From the NCBI GenBank assembly GCA_963781885.1, contig CAWAHW010000001.1, positions 480,001 through 544,000 of the forward strand: DNA of 64,000 bases. Reading direction: 5' to 3'. Of this stretch, positions 1-8,580 are shown piece by piece; positions within the stretch are counted from its first letter, which is position 1; each line of letters opens with the position of its first letter. Made by a program: the position numbers and the translations under genes. This DNA is from an uncultured Spirochaetota bacterium (GTDB lineage: Bacteria; Spirochaetota; Spirochaetia; SZUA-6; Fen-1364). The notes below the pieces were generated by a model, which was given only the letters and a program-made list of their open reading frames with translations, made no database searches and had not been told where the DNA came from.

Positions 1-439
1 ATGACCGTACCCCCATGGCCTTCGAGATGAAGCGAAAGTCGGTTTCCGTGATTTCGAGGAAGCCGAAACGAAACGGCGCCGCCCAGCGGGTCTTGTTGCC
101 GATGAATGACAGGCTTTCGATCAGGGGGTGGATGTCGGCCTCTTGCGCCTTCTCCCAGGCAACGCGACGACGCCAGGGGGAGAAGCCGGGAGCCTGGTTC
201 ACCTGGACGGGTGCCTCGTTCACGACCGTGCCCAGCGCGGTGAACCGCTGGCAGGGCGTCGCCTCCCCGTAGACTTCCTTGCCCGAGTAATAGATCAGGC
301 CGTCGCCGGCTTTCAGTCGGCGGGCGGGCCCTTGCTTGCCATGATTGAACTGGGCGAATCCGCCTTCGACCCCGAAGCGAACGTGCTCCCTCGACGCGAC
401 ACCGATCCAGTAACGACGGCCCTTGTCTTGTTGTGTCAT
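1..439 (-). CDS. EVE domain (UPF0310-like) protein; stop codon runs off the window
   Basis: Manual translation, absent from the ORF track: MTQQDKGRRYWIGVASREHVRFGVEGGFAQFNHGKQGPARRLKAGDGLIYYS...FTALG...FRFGFLEITETDF; GGAGGG RBS upstream. Confidence 0.9.
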   Translation of the reverse strand, partial: MTQQDKGRRYWIGVASREHVRFGVEGGFAQFNHGKQGPARRLKAGDGLIYYSGKEVYGEATPCQRFTALGTVVNEAPVQVNQAPGFSPWRRRVAWEKAQEADIHPLIESLSFIGNKTRWAAPFRFGFLEITETDFRFISKAMGVRS

Positions 440-457
440 GATGTCCCTCCGCAAAGG

Positions 458-496
458 AAGGTAAGCATGCTTAGCGAAAAAGGCAAGTGCGCTTAC
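458..496 (-). promoter_or_regulatory. Sigma70-type promoter for the EVE gene overlapped by two palindromic operator boxes
   Basis: Minus strand TTGCCT-17 nt-TACCTT; boxes GTAAGCATGCTTAG (461-474) and GCAAGTGCGCTTAC (483-496). Confidence 0.55.
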
Positions 497-545
497 TATT
501 TATGTTCCGGGCTGCGCGCCGCGGCGCGCGTGCGGTGGCACGAGC

Positions 546-1028
546 TCATTCCGCGGCCGAAAGCCGCGCGATTCCTTCAAGAATCGTTTCAATTGCGTCG
601 GCAAAGCGCTTTTTTTCCGGCATCCCCAAGCGATCCAGGGCGCCGCAGACGAGCTCGGTTCGCCGCTCGATTTCTGCGTTCAACCGGGCATTGCCCGCGG
701 CGGTGAGCTCATAGCTCACGTTCCTCCTGTCGTCGGGGTTTCCCTCACGTGAGGCGAACCCCTCTTCGACCATGCGGTTGAGCATGATGCAGAGGGCCGA
801 CGAAGAAAGCCCGTCATGCGCGGCAAGCGTCTTGAGGTAGCCCTTCCCGTGGTAGCGGAGCGTGAGAAGGGTCCGAAATCTCTCTTCGCTCATGCCGCCG
901 CCCGCCGGAGGCGGAAGCTGCTCCCGGACGTAACGCTTCATAGCTCCCAGCAGCTCGAGAAACCGGCCTGCCACCTCACGGTCGAGCGCTCCTGCTTCAG
1001 GGGACGGTCGTGCAGTGGCTTTGTTCAT
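546..1028 (-). CDS. MarR family transcriptional regulator
   Basis: C-terminal 160 aa of track ORF 546..2471; wHTH with DDRRNVSYELTAAG; ATG overlaps the MFS stop (ATGA). Confidence 0.9.
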   Translation of the reverse strand: MNKATARPSPEAGALDREVAGRFLELLGAMKRYVREQLPPPAGGGMSEERFRTLLTLRYHGKGYLKTLAAHDGLSSSALCIMLNRMVEEGFASREGNPDDRRNVSYELTAAGNARLNAEIERRTELVCGALDRLGMPEKKRFADAIETILEGIARLSAAE

Positions 1029-2518
1029 TCGCCGCCCGCTCCACTCTGACGCGAGGGCTCGGCGGTCGATCCCCGGTTTTCTTTTCCACGCACCAGGGAG
1101 AAACATGCCGCGACCAGGCAGAGCACGAGGGAAACGAGAAACGTGTTGCGGATCCCGGCGACGAATGCCTGCATCGTCGCGGAGCCAAGCGTGACGTTCG
1201 TGCCGACGAAGAGCTGCATCATTGCATCCCGTGGGAGGCTGCCAGCGGCAACCGCGAGGGCCAGGGCGAAGCTTGTCACCATGCCCGTCTGCCGCAGCGT
1301 CGCGAGCGTCGCCGATGCAATGCCCAGCCGTTGTCGCGGGGCTCCATTCATCGCGGCGCTCGTGTTGGGGGAAAAGAAAAGCCCGCCGCCCAGCCCGACC
1401 AGCACCAGCCCGAAAGCGATGGAGCCGTAGCTGGAGGTCGGCGTCAGCCGCAGCACGAACCACACGAGCGCCCCCGCCTGGAGCAGCAGACCCGCCGTGG
1501 CGGGGATCCGCGCGCCGATGCGGTCGGCCAGGAGCCCGCTCAACGGCCCGGTGACCGCGCTCATGACGGAAAGGGGAATGAGGAAGAGGGCAGCGGTGAG
1601 CGGGCTGTAGCCGCGCACTCCCTGGAAATAGAAGACGATGAGGAAGTTCACGGCGAACATCGCCAGGGACTGCAGCAACGCCGATACGACCGAAAAGCTG
1701 TAGACGCGGTTGCTGAACAGGCCGAGATCGAGCACGGGGTTCGCGACGCGCCGCTCCCGCCGGAGAAATATGGCGAGCATCAGGACGAAAAGAGCGAACA
1801 GGGAGAGGATGGGGAGCGAGGTCCAGCTCATCTGGATGCCGAGCGTGAGAGCAAAGAGGATCGCGATGAGTCCAAGGCTGAACATTCCCGCGCCGATGAG
1901 ATCGAAGCTTTCCGTCCTGCTGCGCGCGGACATCTCCTTCAGCGCCAGGAAACCCCACACGGTGCCGAGGATGCCGATGGGCACGTTGATGAAAAAGATC
2001 CATCGCCAGTTCGCGGCGGCCAGAATCAGGCCGCCGAGGAGGGGACCGGCGATGCCGCCCAGCGCCCAGGTGATGCCGTTGATTCCCAACGCCCTTCCCC
2101 GTTGATGGGGCGGGAACACCTCGGCGATGATGGCGGGGCTGTTCACCATCATGAAGGCGGCCCCGCCGCCCTGTACGATACGGAAGATGATGAGCTGCGT
2201 TGCGCTCTGCGAGATGCCGCACAGCGCGGAGCCCACCGTGAATATGATGAAGCCGAGATTGTACATCCGCACGCGTCCGAACATGTCCGCGATGCGTCCG
2301 AATGTCAGGAGACAGACCGTGCTCATGAGGATGTAGGCCATGATGACCCACACCATCTCGACCAGCCCCGCGTGCAGCTTCACCATCATGTCCGGCAGGG
2401 CGAGGGTCACGATGGTGCCGTCGATCGCCGCCATGAGGGCGCCGATGGTCGTCACGCTGAGGGCGATCCACTTGTAGTCGATCCGCCGATGCGAAGAAAG
2501 GGTAACCGGTGCGTGCAT
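1025..2518 (-). CDS. MFS transporter, DHA2 (EmrB/QacA-like)
   Basis: ~14 TM segments; AIDGTIVTLALP, GRIADMFGR, GPLLGG motifs. Confidence 0.95.
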   Translation of the reverse strand: MHAPVTLSSHRRIDYKWIALSVTTIGALMAAIDGTIVTLALPDMMVKLHAGLVEMVWVIMAYILMSTVCLLTFGRIADMFGRVRMYNLGFIIFTVGSALCGISQSATQLIIFRIVQGGGAAFMMVNSPAIIAEVFPPHQRGRALGINGITWALGGIAGPLLGGLILAAANWRWIFFINVPIGILGTVWGFLALKEMSARSRTESFDLIGAGMFSLGLIAILFALTLGIQMSWTSLPILSLFALFVLMLAIFLRRERRVANPVLDLGLFSNRVYSFSVVSALLQSLAMFAVNFLIVFYFQGVRGYSPLTAALFLIPLSVMSAVTGPLSGLLADRIGARIPATAGLLLQAGALVWFVLRLTPTSSYGSIAFGLVLVGLGGGLFFSPNTSAAMNGAPRQRLGIASATLATLRQTGMVTSFALALAVAAGSLPRDAMMQLFVGTNVTLGSATMQAFVAGIRNTFLVSLVLCLVAACFSLVRGKENRGSTAEPSRQSGAGGE

Positions 2519-2656
2519 GGAACCTTCCGTCAGACGTCGCGGGCCGCGCCCGCGCGAATCGTTCTATTGTAAAATCGTTTTACTACAAAACATTATGCCG
2601 CGTCAAGGACCGGTGATGTCTCGCTATCCGGGCCCGCCACCCCGGCGTGGGAGACA

Positions 2657-3412
2657 TCAGGCAGGGACGCGCGAGCGCAGCGTACCGTCCAGCAGCTCCA
2701 TGAGCTTTGCAAATCCGCGCTCCGCCTGCTGCGGGTGATATACCTTGCCGCCTGGCACCATCCATCCGTGGAGCGCGCCGTCGTACGTTTCACTCTCGAA
2801 CAAGCCGCCCCAGGCGCGAAGCGCGGCGTCCAGTTTCTCCACGGCCTCGGCCGGCATGCTGCGGTCTTGCGTAGCGTGCCCGAAGTAGAGGCGCGCTTTC
2901 ACCGCGGGCAGCACGAGATGCGGGCTCTGGTCGCCGTCGATGGCAAGGCGCCCGCCATGGAACGACGCTGCCGCGACGATCTTATCCGGCCGTGCAGCCG
3001 CGGTCCGCAGCGCGAACTGGCCGGCGAAGCAGAAGCCGACGACGCCCATCGGCCCGCGGCTGACGCGCGGCTGCGCGGCGAGGTAGTCGACGTACGCGGC
3101 GCCGTCCTGCGCCATCGCCTCCGGCGTGAGCGGGGTCGTGAGCTCCCGGAAACGGCTCATCGTCCGCTCGCTCGTGAAGTCCGCGTCGGAATCGAAGGCC
3201 GGCGGCCTGGTCGTGCGGTAGAAGATGTTGGGCGTGAGAACGACATAGCCGGCCTCCGCGATGCGTTTCGACAGCTCCACATGCGCCGGGCGGAATCCAA
3301 GCCCGTCGGTGAGCTGGATGATGCCGGGCAGCGCTTCCGCCGTGTCGGGCCCCACTATTAGCGCATCGATCGTCCCGGCAGCGGTGGGTATCTCAACCTG
3401 GTTCGTGAACAT
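2657..3412 (-). CDS. Dienelactone hydrolase family protein
   Basis: GFCFAG nucleophile motif, YDGALHGW. Confidence 0.92.
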   Translation of the reverse strand: MFTNQVEIPTAAGTIDALIVGPDTAEALPGIIQLTDGLGFRPAHVELSKRIAEAGYVVLTPNIFYRTTRPPAFDSDADFTSERTMSRFRELTTPLTPEAMAQDGAAYVDYLAAQPRVSRGPMGVVGFCFAGQFALRTAAARPDKIVAAASFHGGRLAIDGDQSPHLVLPAVKARLYFGHATQDRSMPAEAVEKLDAALRAWGGLFESETYDGALHGWMVPGGKVYHPQQAERGFAKLMELLDGTLRSRVPA

Positions 3413-3619
3413 GCGGCCTCCATCTCTGGAACCCGGGGCAAGGAGAATGCAAATTGCCCGCCTGGGGTCCTTGCCGAATAATAATATAGAAAAAGACCTG
3501 CGACCAGGGGAGGCTCACAATGGGCATTCGCGTGCGGGAGGAAGGGCGTGGCCGTGAAATATTTTTATTGCAATACTGGTGTTTTTGTATATAATGGAGA
3601 AACAACTTTGTCCATCTGT

Positions 3620-5205
3620 ATGGAGAGGCGGCGTTCTTTGAGGTGGCTGCTCCTTCTGGCCATTCTTGCAATCCTGGCGGTCCCTGTTTTTGCCGACGGC
3701 AATCCGTACGGCGGAACAATTGTATTTGCCTACTACGATGAGCCGACGAAGCTCAATCCGCTTTATGCCGCGAGAGGGATATGCGGCAGCAATTGCCAAC
3801 TTTTTTACGGATGGGCTTATCACATTCAATGCGGCCAAAGAGGTCGTTCCAGACCTTGCTGAAAGCTGGGATGTCTCTCCTGACGGCCTTACATGGACAT
3901 TTCATCTCAGGAAAGGTGTCAAGTTTTCAGACGGGACCGAGATGACTGCCGACGACGTGCAGTTTACTTATGAACAGGGAACCAGTCCCAAGTATGGCAA
4001 TCCGTATTCCGATTTCTTGCAGGTCGTGAGAGGATTCAAGGCAGAAGGAAAGTACACTTTCAAGGTTTTTTCAAAGAGCCCCTACGGAGCCCTTCCAACG
4101 ATAATGAGCAGACCGATTGTTCCCAAGCACTGTTTCCTGAACGAGGCCACTGAAAAAGAGTACGACAAACACCGTGTCGGAACTGGCCCGTTCAAACTGA
4201 CGGAATGGAGGTCTGGGCAATTAACCTTTGATGCAAATCTCGATTATTTTCTGGGTCGGCCCCATCTGGACAGGGTTGTTTTCAAGCTTTTCCCCGATAA
4301 TAAAGTTGCATGGGCTTCGCTGTTGCGCGGGGAAGCCGACTATGTGCCGGAGATTGATTACGAGGATTACGCGGTAATAAAAGACGACCCACGTTTCTCT
4401 GCCTATGGGTATCTCGACGATTTTTGTTGCTCACTTTTCTTCAATAACAAAGATCCTCTTTTGTCGAATCGAAAGATTCGACAGGCCATTTCGATGGCAA
4501 TCGACAGGAAGGACCTTATTGACAAAGTACTTCAGGGTGGGGGCCTTGCCGCAAACGGTCCCTTCAAGCCGGGTACCTGGCCCTACAACCCGGATCCTGC
4601 GCTCCAGGCCTACAACCCGGCATTAGCAATGAAGATATTCGCCGATCTCGGATGGAAAAATAAAAACAACGAATGGGTACTGGAGCAAAGCGGCCAGGAG
4701 CTGAAATTCAAGGTTGCCATTTTTTCCGGGAGCAGCTCCGAAGAAATGACAGCCAAGAGGCTGCAATGGCAGCTCCTCTTGCGGGGATAAAAATGGAGAT
4801 AGAGGAAATGTCTCTCCAGGACCTCTTTAAGAAGACATCGCAACCCGGCTCTTTCCAGGCAATGCTTATTCCGTTCAACACATACCCAGATCCCGATACT
4901 TGCGCACGAAGTTTCTGGTATTCCGGCACATGAAAATCCCAGGGAATCTTCGCCTCTTACAGCAACCCTGCCGTCAACAGGCTGATCGATTTGGGCGGAC
5001 TCCTCTGATTTCAACACACGAAAAGGAATTTACCAGAAAATCCACAGCATGATTGCCCAGGATGCTCCAGCCGCATTTCTGTATTTCAACAAGAGATACA
5101 CGGCGACATCCGCGCGATTGCACGTGCCTGGCTTTGCTGAACATTTCGCAGTTAGCTGGTTATGTGCAGGACTGGTATGTGACAGATTCCAAGGAAAGGA
5201 GGTGA
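3620..5205 (+). pseudogene. ABC peptide-binding protein (SBP family 5), broken by several frameshifts (errors or decay)
   Basis: Signal peptide MERRRSLRWLLL; PDLAESWDVSPDGLTWTFHLRKGVKFSDG; VGTGPFKL; frame changes near 3770, 4780, 4930-5010 and 5130; ends VQDWYVTDSKERR*. Confidence 0.85.
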
Positions 5206-5210
5206 GGCAA

Positions 5211-5306
5211 ATGATTATCGAAATCGTCGAAGAGGGCTACTAGGAACTGGATGAGATGGGACCCATGATGTGCTGCGGTCTTGTCGTCGGTTCCACGGGT
5301 CGTTAA
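5211..5306 (+). CDS. Putative RiPP precursor peptide (geopeptide-like) with in-frame TAG at codon 11
   Basis: MIIEIVEEGY*ELDEMGPMMCCGLVVGSTGR*; strong RBS AAGGAGGTGA; acidic leader plus CC core; directly upstream of rSAM/SPASM gene. Confidence 0.8.
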
Positions 5307-5317
5307 GACATGATGCA

Positions 5318-5343
5318 GGGGAAAGGGCGAAAGCCTTTTCCCC
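5318..5343 (+). promoter_or_regulatory. Stem-loop between precursor and maturase (mRNA stabiliser or attenuator)
   Basis: GGGGAAAGGGC-GAAA-GCCTTTTCCCC: 11-bp stem with one G-U pair, GNRA loop, no U-tract. Confidence 0.7.
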
Positions 5344-5354
5344 GGAAAGATCAC

Positions 5355-6689
5355 ATGATCCCTTCACGATTCAATGTCACCGTCCCTGATTTTCCCGGGA
5401 GCGGCAAGTATCTGCTCTACAACACGGTCACGCAGGCCCAGGTCGTCATTGATGACGCGCTGAGGGCAATACTCGGGGAGCTCCCGACCTTGCCGGAGAA
5501 GGAAGAGGCCCGGACCGCGGTCGCCCAACTCCAGCGAATGGGCTTTCTTGCCGCCTCGGAAAGCGACGATACCGCGGCGCTGGAGAACCTCTTCAAGAAG
5601 GTATGGGATGACCATTCGGTCATTCGCGCCACGGTCCTGATGACATACTCCTGCAACTTCCGCTGCGTGTACTGCGTTGAAGAAGGAGTCAAGGAGCCGG
5701 TCTTCATGGATGAGAAGACGGCCTTGGAAGCGGTCGAATACATAGAAGGCAAGCTCAAGGAGTATGGCGCAAGGAAGATCGACGTTTACTTCTACGGCGG
5801 CGAGCCCCTCCTGAACGTGCCCGCCATCCGCACCATGGCTCGGGGCTTGAGCGATTTCTGCCGCGCCAACAATGTGCCCTTCACTTTCGGTTTCAACACC
5901 AATGGCGCCCTTCTGACTTCCGAGCTCATCGCGGAGCTCATGCCGCTGGGCCTGAGCTGGGCGAGGATCACAATCGACGGCCCGAAGGAAAGCCACGACA
6001 GGTATCGGCCCTTCAAGAACGGTAAAGGGAGCTTCGACACCGTCACGGCAAGGCTCACCGAGGCATGCACCCTCATGCCCGTGGACGTCAACATCAACTA
6101 CGACCAGTCGAATGTCGGAAAGGTGCCGGCCTTGCTTTCTTACCTGCAGGATGTCGGCCTTGCCGCAAAAATCGGCAAGGTAACCTTCACGCCCATCACC
6201 CCGACCCCGAAGGACCGGGAAGGGCTCCGGCCCGCAACGGAGATGGACCGCGCCATGATGACGGTGGAAACCGCCGGGCAGTTGATCGAGCTTTCACGCG
6301 CGGCGCTGGACAAGGGCTACAAGGTCGACGTGGGGGTGCAGGCCCGCGCCTGCGAGATGGTCCTTCGGCGCACGAGCTTCATCATCGACCCCCGGGGAGA
6401 CCTCTATGGGTGCAGCGCGTTGGCGGGGCGCAAGGAATTCCGGCTTGGGAATTTCCGCGGCGAGCAGAAGGACCCCTTCAAGGGCCTGGAGCTCTGGAGG
6501 CGGTGCGCGGGCTGCGTCTATGCGCCTCTCTGCGGCGACGGCTGTCCCTTTGGCGCGTACATCCGCTACGGCGATCCTCTTGCGCTGAATTGCATGAAGG
6601 AGACGATGGATTACTTTGTGAGGGAGAGTCTGAAGCTGAGCTACCTGAACAAGAAGAAGGCGAAAGCAGAAGCCGCCCGCGTCCCCTGA
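5355..6689 (+). CDS. Radical SAM/SPASM peptide maturase (geopeptide-maturase-like)
   Basis: CNFRCVYC, FYGGEPLLN; SPASM C...GDLYGC...CAGC-X5-C-X3-C...C; ~85-aa N-terminal extension resembling an RRE. Confidence 0.92.
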   Translation: MIPSRFNVTVPDFPGSGKYLLYNTVTQAQVVIDDALRAILGELPTLPEKEEARTAVAQLQRMGFLAASESDDTAALENLFKKVWDDHSVIRATVLMTYSCNFRCVYCVEEGVKEPVFMDEKTALEAVEYIEGKLKEYGARKIDVYFYGGEPLLNVPAIRTMARGLSDFCRANNVPFTFGFNTNGALLTSELIAELMPLGLSWARITIDGPKESHDRYRPFKNGKGSFDTVTARLTEACTLMPVDVNINYDQSNVGKVPALLSYLQDVGLAAKIGKVTFTPITPTPKDREGLRPATEMDRAMMTVETAGQLIELSRAALDKGYKVDVGVQARACEMVLRRTSFIIDPRGDLYGCSALAGRKEFRLGNFRGEQKDPFKGLELWRRCAGCVYAPLCGDGCPFGAYIRYGDPLALNCMKETMDYFVRESLKLSYLNKKKAKAEAARVP

Positions 6690-7031
6690 ACTGTTTTCGC
6701 CGCAGCAAAACTCTGCAAAGGGTGCGGCAACGGATTCGCCGTCATCCCGATCAAGCTTCGCCTGGGAATATTCGGGGAGCAATCGGATTTCGGGATCGGG
6801 CTGGCGTCCGGCATCGAGTACTACGCCCTTCCGCTGTTCTTCGATTCCAATGACAACATCGTGCTTTCCGGCGACCCTTCGCTTGCAGGCTTTTTCCTCA
6901 CCCTGAAGGCGCTCGTGGAGCTCGACTACTGGGGCGGCAGGCTCACGCCCTGGGTGATGGGCGGCGCAACGCTGATCGGCACGATTGGCGGTGACGGGGG
7001 CGGCGACACCTACTATTACTACTACTACTGA
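6690..7031 (+). pseudogene. Start-less ORF remnant, beta-strand-rich, ending in six tyrosines
   Basis: Open frame ...FAVIPIKLRLGIFG...LKALVELDYWGGRLTPW...GGDGGGDTYYYYYY* with host-like codon usage; no RBS or start. Confidence 0.5.
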
Positions 7032-7064
7032 GACCGTGGCTTTGAACGACCCGCGTCGAATCGA

Positions 7065-7769
7065 TCAGCGACCGTGCGCGCTGTAGCTCTGCAGCTCCCA
7101 TCGCTGCAGCGGTGAGCCCGGACCGCCGGAGGGGCTTTCGGATTTCACGAGGAAGTGGGGAACGTCCGCGGAAAACCAGTATGACGACTTGCCCATGAGC
7201 GATCCCATGAATCCGCCGATCCCCAGCTGCACCTTCCAGCAGTCGTAGCTTCTCCCGCCGGCCGTGACCGTCTCCCGTGCCGCGACCGTGAGCTTCGGTG
7301 AGAATTGAAAGCCCCGGCCGCCGGCGCCAAGGAAAAGGATGTTCGCCGAGGTGAATGTGCCCCAGGGAAGGCCGCGCAGGGTGATGGGAAGAGAATTGAA
7401 ATCCGCGATGACGACTTCATTCGCCTTCGGTTGGGCCGTCATCCTGAGGATTTCCGTCGTCCGCTTGATGAGAGAGTCCACGCTGTGCGACGTGACCTCG
7501 GAGGACCGGGGAAAGAGGGTGGTCGGATCCAGGCGCATCACGATGTCGGATTCGGGCGAGCTCGACCGGAACTCGTACCAGGAATCGCCCTTCGCCGTCT
7601 TTAGGCTCAGGCTCTGCGTCACCGTCCATGCGTCGCCGCCGATGCTCTCCGTGTAGACGAGGCTTTCTTCCTGCGGCAGCGATGGGTTTCTGATGACGAT
7701 CTGGGCGCAGAGGGGAGGTGCCCCCAGCGCAACGGCGAAGAGAATCGCAAGGAGCGCTTCGCGCTGCAT
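7065..7769 (-). CDS. Secreted hypothetical protein (DUF3108-like)
   Basis: Signal peptide; RETVTAGGRSYDCWKVQL...YWFSADVPHFLVK. Confidence 0.7.
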   Translation of the reverse strand: MQREALLAILFAVALGAPPLCAQIVIRNPSLPQEESLVYTESIGGDAWTVTQSLSLKTAKGDSWYEFRSSSPESDIVMRLDPTTLFPRSSEVTSHSVDSLIKRTTEILRMTAQPKANEVVIADFNSLPITLRGLPWGTFTSANILFLGAGGRGFQFSPKLTVAARETVTAGGRSYDCWKVQLGIGGFMGSLMGKSSYWFSADVPHFLVKSESPSGGPGSPLQRWELQSYSAHGR

Positions 7770-7868
7770 GGAGCAAAGTATACCTCTGAACGTCCGCACG
7801 GTTCATGAAAAGTAATAACAAATCACCGGGCGCGCTACATTTCCGTCGCAGCCGCCTGTATAATCGGT

Positions 7869-8576
7869 ATGAGCGCGGAAGAAGCGGTGGCGAACAACCG
7901 GGTCATCATCATAGAAGACGATATCGAGCTCGGCGATCTTGTGCGCATCTATGTCGCGCGCGAGGGGGTGGAGGCGTCGCTCTGCGGCAGCGCGGAGTCG
8001 GGGCTCGCCCTTTTCCGCAGCATCGGGGCTGACCTGATCGTGCTGGATATCAACCTGCCGGGCATGGACGGCTTCGCGTTTCTTCGGACGCTGCGCAGGG
8101 AGAGTGCCGTTCCCGTCATCATCATCTCCGCCCGGGAATCCGACGAGGACATCGTCATGGGTCTCGGGATCGGCGCCGACGAGTTCGTGACCAAGCCGTT
8201 CGTCCCGCGCGTGCTCGTGGCGCGCATCAGCGCGATGCTCCGGCGAAACGGCGCCATGAAGCCGAAGACGATCGGCTTCGATTCCTACGTCCTTGACTAT
8301 GAGGGGTACACCCTCACGCGGGACGGTCGACGGGTCGTTCTCTCCACCCGGGAGTTCGAGCTCCTGCGCCATTTGCTTTCCCACCCCGGCGTCGCCATGA
8401 CACCGGAGGAGATTTATCGCGACGTGTGGGGATCGCACTATGGAGACCTCACCGCGGTTGCCGTCTACGTGCGGCGTCTGCGGTTGAAGATCGAGGAGGA
8501 GCCCGCCAATCCGCGCTACCTCCAGACCATCCACGGCCGCGGGTATCGTTTCAATCCGGACGTCGTGAAGGGGTAG
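7869..8576 (+). CDS. OmpR family response regulator
   Basis: IIEDD, LDINLPGMDG, KPF, TIHGRGYRF. Confidence 0.95.
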   Translation: MSAEEAVANNRVIIIEDDIELGDLVRIYVAREGVEASLCGSAESGLALFRSIGADLIVLDINLPGMDGFAFLRTLRRESAVPVIIISARESDEDIVMGLGIGADEFVTKPFVPRVLVARISAMLRRNGAMKPKTIGFDSYVLDYEGYTLTRDGRRVVLSTREFELLRHLLSHPGVAMTPEEIYRDVWGSHYGDLTAVAVYVRRLRLKIEEEPANPRYLQTIHGRGYRFNPDVVKG

Positions 8577-8580
8577 GGCG

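Noticed and set aside
546-2471. 641-aa ORF ending in MarR
   Set aside because: Only the last 160 aa are real; the rest is an off-frame reading of the MFS gene.
5241-5243. Genome-wide TAG reassignment
   Set aside because: TAG ends several normal genes here (8576, 10749, 12207, 14325); only local readthrough or an error remains possible.
6695-6740. c-di-GMP-I riboswitch-like or SECIS-like hairpin (GCAAA-ACTCT-GCAA-AGGGT)
   Set aside because: Lacks GACGCAAA and the second stem; the maturase ends in a natural low-complexity tail, so selenocysteine is implausible.
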